Positions 34,092-39,826 of a stretch of 39,826 nucleotides of DNA are shown piece by piece. A program made the translations under genes and the position numbers. The stretch is from contig CAMOHY010000001.1 in the NCBI GenBank assembly GCA_946615495.1, forward strand, positions 1 through 39,826, in the 5' to 3' direction. This DNA is from an uncultured Clostridia bacterium. Lineage in GTDB: Bacteria > Bacillota > Clostridia > Christensenellales > Aristaeellaceae. How positions within the stretch are numbered: the stretch's first letter is position 1; each line of letters starts with the position of its first letter. The notes under the pieces are model-generated. The model saw nothing but the letters and a program-made list of their open reading frames with translations. It was not told where the DNA came from and ran no database searches.

Positions 34092-35903
34092 ATGGAGCGG
34101 AAGCACGTTTGGGCCTCCCTGCGCGTTCAGATCGCCCTGCTGATTACCCTCACAGTGCTCGTGATCCTGGTGATGGGCAGCATTTTTTATTTCAGCGCTC
34201 AGAGCCTGACAGAGAAAAAGAACGTCACCTTTGTCCATACCCTGCTGGAACAGCTCAGCGACAATCTGAGCCGCATCGGGGCGGATATGTCTTACGTGGC
34301 GGATTCCCTGAGCAACAATGACACCGTACAGCAATACCTGAAAGCGGAAACCTCAGCCAAACGGCTGGAATACGGGCAGACCTTTTCCAACTTTGCCGGC
34401 AGCCTGCTGAATTACAGCAACTCCGTCAGCCACATCATCCTGGTGGACAGACAAAACGTGATTATCAGCGCCACGGAGCATAACATCATTGCGCTGGACG
34501 CGCTGGACCAAACCTACGGAATTTTTCAGGAGGATTATTCAGAGCCCTGCTTCTTAGGCCCGGTGTTTGACACCTACAGCAACACGCACTTTTTCGTTTA
34601 TGTACGGCCCGTCTACAACACCCGCTCCGGTGCCAGGATTCACGAAAAAATCGGCACCTGCGTCATCTTTTCCCGCGTTTCCCTGCTGGACTATAATCTG
34701 AAAAGCGCAGCGGCCACACCGGGTTCGCTGCTGATCCTGACCAATACACAGGGAATTCCCGTGAGCGCCTCCGGCGATCGGGATACAGCCATGAGCTTGT
34801 TGTCAAGCGATAGCTTCTCCAAAGCGGCGGATGGGGGCATACGGAAAGTAAAGCTGAACGGGGTCAGCTGCATCAGTGATTCCGTTCATGTATCCGCCCT
34901 GAACTGGGATCTGACGAGCATCGTTCCCGTTCACGAAATATCCGTGGATCTGAAACCGCTGTTCTTCCAAGGGATGCTGATCTGCGTCATTTTTGCCGGG
35001 CTGGTGGCCTTGTGGGGTATCCATCTGCGCCACAGCATCACCCACCCCTTGGCGCAAATCACCGATTTTATCGAGCACGGCCTGGATGAGAAGCTGGAAA
35101 ACCGAATCCATATCAGCCCAAACAACGAGATTGGCCTGTTCTGTACCGAAATCAATATTCTGCTGGACAAGGTGGCCGACATGACGAAGGCGAACATCCG
35201 CAACCAAACGAGGATGTACGAGCTATCGCTGGGAAAAAAGCGGGCAGAGCTGGCCGCGCTGCAAAGCCAAATCAACCCCCATTTTTTATACAATACGCTG
35301 GACTGCCTGCGGGGCTTTGGCTACAGCCTCGGCAGCCAGGAAATCGTATCCATCACCAATTCCCTTTCGGGCATCATGCGCTACTGCATCAAGGGCAAGG
35401 ATATGGTCACGCTCAAGGAAGAGCTTGATATCGTGAACAGCTATCTCAACATCATCCGCATCCGGTTTGAAAACCGCTTCGATTTCATTTTCCATTTGGA
35501 TGATGCTTTGCTATCCGTTCTCATTCCGCGCTTTATCCTTCAGCCGGTGGTAGAAAACGCTGTTTACCATGGGCTGGAATCAAAAAAGGATCGTGGCGAG
35601 CTAACCGTTGAATGCCATCGCTCTGAAAACGGAAACTGTGAAATGAACATATCGGACAATGGCGTGGGCATCGACGCAGAGACCCTTCGCCAACTCCAGA
35701 AAAAGCTGCAGGCAGACGGTATTCACGATTCCCTGCAAGTGGCCGAGGGACAGGGGCTGGCTTTGGTGAACATCCATAACCGCCTGCGCAATCACTTTGG
35801 GGCGCAGTACGGGCTCCGGGTTTCCTGCCCGCCGGAGGGCGGCACGCAGGTTGTGCTGTGCTTTCCTTGCACATTTGCCGGTCAGAACCCGCAGCCAAAC
35901 TGA
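34092..35903 (+). CDS. Sensor histidine kinase (YesM-like; two TM segments, HAMP, His_kinase/HATPase)
   Basis: LQSQINPHFLYNTLDCL (LytS/YesM-type H-box), two TM segments that flank a periplasmic-type sensor domain, and a C-terminal ATPase with VENAVYHG and GQGLALVNIHNRL. Confidence 0.9.
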   Translation: MERKHVWASLRVQIALLITLTVLVILVMGSIFYFSAQSLTEKKNVTFVHTLLEQLSDNLSRIGADMSYVADSLSNNDTVQQYLKAETSAKRLEYGQTFSNFAGSLLNYSNSVSHIILVDRQNVIISATEHNIIALDALDQTYGIFQEDYSEPCFLGPVFDTYSNTHFFVYVRPVYNTRSGARIHEKIGTCVIFSRVSLLDYNLKSAAATPGSLLILTNTQGIPVSASGDRDTAMSLLSSDSFSKAADGGIRKVKLNGVSCISDSVHVSALNWDLTSIVPVHEISVDLKPLFFQGMLICVIFAGLVALWGIHLRHSITHPLAQITDFIEHGLDEKLENRIHISPNNEIGLFCTEINILLDKVADMTKANIRNQTRMYELSLGKKRAELAALQSQINPHFLYNTLDCLRGFGYSLGSQEIVSITNSLSGIMRYCIKGKDMVTLKEELDIVNSYLNIIRIRFENRFDFIFHLDDALLSVLIPRFILQPVVENAVYHGLESKKDRGELTVECHRSENGNCEMNISDNGVGIDAETLRQLQKKLQADGIHDSLQVAEGQGLALVNIHNRLRNHFGAQYGLRVSCPPEGGTQVVLCFPCTFAGQNPQPN

Positions 35904-35924
35904 ATTCACCCAAGGAGGCGGTAA

Positions 35925-36008
35925 ATGGGACTGAACGCCATTGAAGCCCAGGCGGACGCCCTTCGGCTGCTGGATACTCTGCCGGACAAAATCGTTCTAA
36001 AGCTGTGA
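35925..36008 (+). CDS. Candidate 27-aa small ORF (MGLNAIEAQADALRLLDTLPDKIVLKL)
   Basis: AAGGAGG (35912-35918) lies 6 nt upstream of the ATG. The TGA overlaps the AGGTGA RBS of the next gene. I recognise no homolog. Confidence 0.35.
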   Translation: MGLNAIEAQADALRLLDTLPDKIVLKL

Positions 36009-36018
36009 GGTGAAAAGC

Positions 36019-37083
36019 ATGTATCTGCCTGATTTAATGAAATGCGAGGACGGCTCGCCCGTTCTTTCGCCCGCGCAATGGGAAAAGCGGCGGAAGGAAC
36101 TTTTGCACGTGCTGGAAACGGAACAGTATGGAATTCAGCCGCGCTATCATGGAAAAACACGTGGCGAAATTACGGATGTCCTGACGCCGTGCTGCGCTGG
36201 CCACGCCCAATTGGAGAAAATCCAGATCACTTTTGAAACGCCCGGCGGCCCCTTTTCATTCCCTCTGCTTTTCTTCTGCCCTTCTGATCATCAGCCCCGT
36301 CCCTTGATCCTTTTCATCAATTTCCGCCCGGACGCATACGATCCCTATTTCCCCGCGGAGGAAATCATCGATCATGGATTCGCCCTCGCTGTGTTTTGCT
36401 ATACCGACATTACGTCGGATGACGGGAATATGAAAAAAGGGCTGGCCGGCCTTTATGCCAGAAGCCATCCCGAAACCGATTGGGGGAAGTTATCCATGTG
36501 GGCGTTTGGAGCCAGTCGGGCGCTGGATTATTTGCTCACCCGTCAGGAAGTGGACAGGCGCAGCGTCGCGGTGGCAGGCCATTCACGCTTGGGAAAAGCA
36601 GCGCTGCTGTGCGGTGCTTTGGATGAACGGGTGCGATTTACCTTTGCCAATTGTTCGGGATGCGGCGGAGATGCCCTGGAACAAACCAAGCATCCCGGCG
36701 CGGAGGATTATGCTTTCATGGCCCGCACGTTTCCGTATTGGTTCTGTGGCAATCGGAATCAGTATATTGATCCGGCTGTTCCGCGGCCTTATGACCAGCA
36801 TTTTCTGCTGGCGGCCATCGCGCCCCGGTACGTTGCCGTGGGCAGCGCTCAGGAGGACACGTGGGCCGATCCCTTTTCCGCCCAGCTTTGCTGCGCGGCG
36901 GCGTCGCCCGCCTGGACGATCCATGGGCTGCCCGGCTTTGTAGGGCCGCAGGCGCCTGCTCAGGTCAATACGGCGTACGGTGACGGCTGCATCGGATATC
37001 ACCTGCGGGATGGCGTGCATTTTTTCAGCCGCCAGGATTGGCTGCGTTATATGGCGTTTGCGAAAAAACATATGGCGGAATAA
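36019..37083 (+). CDS. CE15-like (glucuronoyl esterase family) alpha/beta hydrolase
   Basis: MWAFGASRALDYL followed by VAVAGHSRLGKAALLCGALDERV (a nucleophile-Ser motif of bacterial CE15-type esterases, from memory). AGGTGA precedes the ATG at 36019. Confidence 0.65.
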   Translation: MYLPDLMKCEDGSPVLSPAQWEKRRKELLHVLETEQYGIQPRYHGKTRGEITDVLTPCCAGHAQLEKIQITFETPGGPFSFPLLFFCPSDHQPRPLILFINFRPDAYDPYFPAEEIIDHGFALAVFCYTDITSDDGNMKKGLAGLYARSHPETDWGKLSMWAFGASRALDYLLTRQEVDRRSVAVAGHSRLGKAALLCGALDERVRFTFANCSGCGGDALEQTKHPGAEDYAFMARTFPYWFCGNRNQYIDPAVPRPYDQHFLLAAIAPRYVAVGSAQEDTWADPFSAQLCCAAASPAWTIHGLPGFVGPQAPAQVNTAYGDGCIGYHLRDGVHFFSRQDWLRYMAFAKKHMAE

Positions 37084-37105
37084 GCCGGAGGGGACAGGGA
37101 CGGTT

Positions 37106-38023
37106 ATGCTTACGTTGGCAATCGATATGGGCGGGTCCCGGATCAAAATGGGGTTGGTGGCCGACGGCACAGTTCGGGAAACCGCCATCTTTCCAGTGGA
37201 CAGCGCCGCGCCCTTGGCCCAAACGCTGCATGAAATTGAACGATGGGCAGACACGCTGGCCGAGCGTTCATCTGTCCGGCCGACGCACGTGGGCTTAGCC
37301 TTTCCCGGTATCGTGCATAAGGGGAAAATCGTATCCTGCAATGGCAAATACGCAGGCGCTGAAAAATTTGACTGGCAGGGTTGGGCCCTGGAGCGCTTTG
37401 GCAAACCGATCGACATCCTCAACGACGCCGCTGCCGCGCTGCTGGGGGAATTGCATTTTGGGGCCGCAAGGGGTGCGGAAAACGCTGTTCTGTTGATGAT
37501 CGGCACTGGCATTGGCGCTGCAGCGGCGGTCAACGGCCATTTGCTGGAAGGAAAGCATTTTACGCTGGGCATGCTGGGAGGGCATATCGCCATTGAAATG
37601 CAGCATCCCCGCAAATGTTCCTGCGGAAATATCGGCTGCTTGGAAGCCTGGGCGGGCACCTGGGCCATTAATGAGCTGGCCCATGAAAGTCCTTTATTTG
37701 ATGGCAGCTGCCTGCGCCGAATGGCTTACGTGGATTATCGGGCAGTTGCCCAGGGCATGGAGCAAAACGACCCCCTGAGCCTCCGTCTTTTTGACGGGGC
37801 GGTTGCCGCGCTGGGTATGGGCGCCGTGAATTTGGTGCATGCTTACGACCCGGAGGTGGTCATCCTTGGCGGCGGTCCCACCCATATCCCATCGCTTTGT
37901 GAAAAAATCGCCGCATACGTGCGTCAGTACGCTTGGACGCCCTGGGGCACAGTGGATGTAAAAACAACGGAAAACCCAGAGACCTCCGTTTTGCTGGGCT
38001 TGCACGCAAGAAGCCTGATGTAA
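37106..38023 (+). CDS. ROK-family sugar kinase
   Basis: LAIDMGGSRIK (phosphate-1), DAAAALLGE, IGTGIGAA and the zinc motif CSCGNIGCLE. There is no N-terminal HTH, so it is a kinase rather than a repressor. Confidence 0.85.
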   Translation: MLTLAIDMGGSRIKMGLVADGTVRETAIFPVDSAAPLAQTLHEIERWADTLAERSSVRPTHVGLAFPGIVHKGKIVSCNGKYAGAEKFDWQGWALERFGKPIDILNDAAAALLGELHFGAARGAENAVLLMIGTGIGAAAAVNGHLLEGKHFTLGMLGGHIAIEMQHPRKCSCGNIGCLEAWAGTWAINELAHESPLFDGSCLRRMAYVDYRAVAQGMEQNDPLSLRLFDGAVAALGMGAVNLVHAYDPEVVILGGGPTHIPSLCEKIAAYVRQYAWTPWGTVDVKTTENPETSVLLGLHARSLM

Positions 38024-38057
38024 GGGCAGCGCTTCACATTTGGAAGGAGTCGGTTCG

Positions 38058-39467
38058 ATGGCCTCGCTTGTTCGCCCCAATGTACTGATTTTGTATACGG
38101 ATCAGCAGCGCACGGATACCCTGAGCTGCTATGGTCAGGAAGCTTTGTCCACCCCCAATATTGATCTTCTGGCTCAGAGTGGGGTACGCTTTACTCATTA
38201 TTTCGTTCAGAACCCCGTCTGCGCCCCCAGCCGGGCGAGCTTTCTGACGGGGCGCTATTGCTCCGCTCTGCGCATCGGTTCAAACGGGATCAGCTTTCCG
38301 AAAGAAGAATTTCCTCTGTCAAAACTGCTGAAGCCCTATGGGTATGAAACAGCGCAAATCGGTAAGCTGCATTTTGATCCCCATGCCCGCCGGGAGCATC
38401 GGAACCCCACGGATACCTACGGCTTTGATACCTTCATCCTCTCCGATGAACCCGGTTGCTATGACGACGCTTATTCAAAATGGGTGGAGGCTGTTTGCCC
38501 GGAACAGCTGAGCCTGACGCGCGCGTCCCTACCGCCCGCCGCTGTCCTCTGGGGCAAAAGGAGCTACAGCAGCGTGCCCCGTGAAACCTGCGAGCCCTAT
38601 GTGTTCGCAGGCGACGCCGGGCTGACCCATACGGCGTTTGTGACGGATCAAATGTGTCAATTCCTTCGCCATCGAAGCGCCGGCCAGCCCTTTTTCGCCA
38701 TTGCGGGATATTACGCACCTCATCCGCCGCTCAATCCGCCCCAGGAATATTTGAACCGTGTGGACAGAGCCAGGCTCCGCTTGCCCATCATCGGGCCGGA
38801 GGAAACGGTTTCTTCCCTTCTGCGCGATATTTCCCGCGAAAAATGGCTGGATATTGCAGCCGCCTATTTGGCTATGGCGGCGCAGATCGACGACGGCGTG
38901 GGTGAAATTGTTCAGACGCTGAAAGAAACTGGGCAGTATGAGAATACGATCATTGTTTATACCAGCGACCACGGCGAATTCCTGGGAGATCACGGCAGGA
39001 TACAAAAGGGGATGCCCGGACACGACTGCATCATCAACGTACCCTGCATCATTTCCTATCCGGCAGGTTTCGCCGGAAACCGCGTAACGAGCGCGCTGGC
39101 GGAAGCGGTGGATGTGGTGCCCACCTTGTTGGATTTTTGCGGTGTTCAAACACCGTCTTTCGTTCAGGGCCGGTCTTTAGCGGGTCTTTTGCGGGGGCAG
39201 ACGGATACGCACCGCACCAGCGTGCTCACCGAATATTTTGATGCGAATCAGGAAAGGCAAACCACGCTTCGCACAATGGAGTATAAATATTACCTGCACG
39301 AAAACGGAACGCAGCTGTTATTTGATTTAAAAAATGATCCTCATGAATTGCACAGCGTACACCAGGATGCCGCATACCGGGACATTTTAGCGGATATGCG
39401 GTTTCAGATGCTTTGTTCCATTCAAAAAGCAGCCTATTGCAGCTTGGAGAAAACTGACGAGTATTGA
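38058..39467 (+). CDS. Sulfatase (Cys-type formylglycine sulfatase family)
   Basis: NVLILYTDQQR, the signature CAPSRASFLTGRY (Cys codon at 38220-38222), and TSDHGEFLGDHG. AAGGAG precedes the ATG at 38058. Confidence 0.92.
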   Translation: MASLVRPNVLILYTDQQRTDTLSCYGQEALSTPNIDLLAQSGVRFTHYFVQNPVCAPSRASFLTGRYCSALRIGSNGISFPKEEFPLSKLLKPYGYETAQIGKLHFDPHARREHRNPTDTYGFDTFILSDEPGCYDDAYSKWVEAVCPEQLSLTRASLPPAAVLWGKRSYSSVPRETCEPYVFAGDAGLTHTAFVTDQMCQFLRHRSAGQPFFAIAGYYAPHPPLNPPQEYLNRVDRARLRLPIIGPEETVSSLLRDISREKWLDIAAAYLAMAAQIDDGVGEIVQTLKETGQYENTIIVYTSDHGEFLGDHGRIQKGMPGHDCIINVPCIISYPAGFAGNRVTSALAEAVDVVPTLLDFCGVQTPSFVQGRSLAGLLRGQTDTHRTSVLTEYFDANQERQTTLRTMEYKYYLHENGTQLLFDLKNDPHELHSVHQDAAYRDILADMRFQMLCSIQKAAYCSLEKTDEY

Positions 39468-39535
39468 TCGCCGTTTAAAAAATTTTTTATTCTGCCTTGC
39501 TCTTCACCTGATAACCTTTTTTTCCGTGCGTTTCT

Positions 39536-39826
39536 CTATCCTGTAAGGCGATGGGCAGACCCAGCAATGGCCGCGCCAGCCGTGCCCATGTGGAACACCG
39601 CTATGACCGTTTCCGCAAATGCTTCCTCCTGCGCGTGCATGACGCGGCTCAAGGCCGGGCTCAAAAGGGGGATCAGCAGCGTCAATACCGCCGCGATCAG
39701 GGCAAACAGGCAAATGCTGCTGCCAATCATCCGGCCGCCTTCTTTGGCGTTTCCTTCCCCGATCCTGCAGCCCAGCAGGATGGTGGTGCCCATGGCAAAG
39801 CTGGTGACCAGATTGGTGAGCGTCAT
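39536..39826 (-). CDS. MATE-family efflux transporter-like ORF (5' end outside the window; appears prematurely terminated)
   Basis: FAMGTTILLGCRIGEGNAKEGG, then a TM segment, then the AFAETV pattern typical of one MATE lobe. The ORF stops about 65 aa after this motif, and only 68 nt separate it from the sulfatase stop. Confidence 0.45.
   Translation of the reverse strand: MTLTNLVTSFAMGTTILLGCRIGEGNAKEGGRMIGSSICLFALIAAVLTLLIPLLSPALSRVMHAQEEAFAETVIAVFHMGTAGAAIAGSAHRLTG

Overview
This is a GC-rich chromosomal window with Firmicutes-style signals: strong AGGAGG-type ribosome-binding sites, YesM/YesN and LplABC-type modules, and many ATGA stop/start overlaps. It is probably a Clostridia or Oscillospiraceae-like genome, but I cannot verify the taxon. 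All protein calls come from motif recognition by eye, with no database search.

Layout:
(1) 1-3463: housekeeping genes rpsB (3' end), tsf, pyrH, a small DUF-like gene, truA and a conserved hypothetical.
(2) 3464-3908: a 445-bp hairpin-rich non-coding gap. It contains one solitary type I-C-like CRISPR repeat, with no array and no cas genes in view.
(3) 3909-13411, minus strand: an operon-like block. It encodes a DUF1537 four-carbon acid-sugar kinase, an Fe-alcohol dehydrogenase, a DapA-family aldolase, a PdxA-family dehydrogenase, two ABC permeases, a large solute-binding protein and, after a terminator, a Gfo/Idh/MocA oxidoreductase. A divergent PrpR-N/Fis-HTH regulator (13621-15420) controls this region, and its sigma54-type AAA+ core looks degenerate.
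(4) 15959-32775, minus strand: a 13-gene glycan-utilisation block. In transcription order it encodes two permeases, a solute-binding protein, a cellulase-like TIM-barrel protein, GH2, a cupin PGI, a long PMI, a second cupin PGI-like protein, GH1, GH4, a BadF-type kinase, a NagB-like deaminase with a Cys-rich N-terminus, and GH13.
(5) 32996-39467, plus strand: a YesN-like response regulator, a YesM-like histidine kinase, a 27-codon small ORF, a CE15-like esterase, a ROK kinase and a Cys-type sulfatase.
(6) The right edge holds a MATE-like ORF that appears truncated.

I found no clear defence or mobile system. The items most worth follow-up are the orphan CRISPR repeat and its surrounding motif-rich gap, the ATPase-dead/GAFTGA-less EBP-like regulator, the unusual acid-sugar gene combination, the PTS-less kinase+GH4 pair and the Cys-rich NagB fusion.
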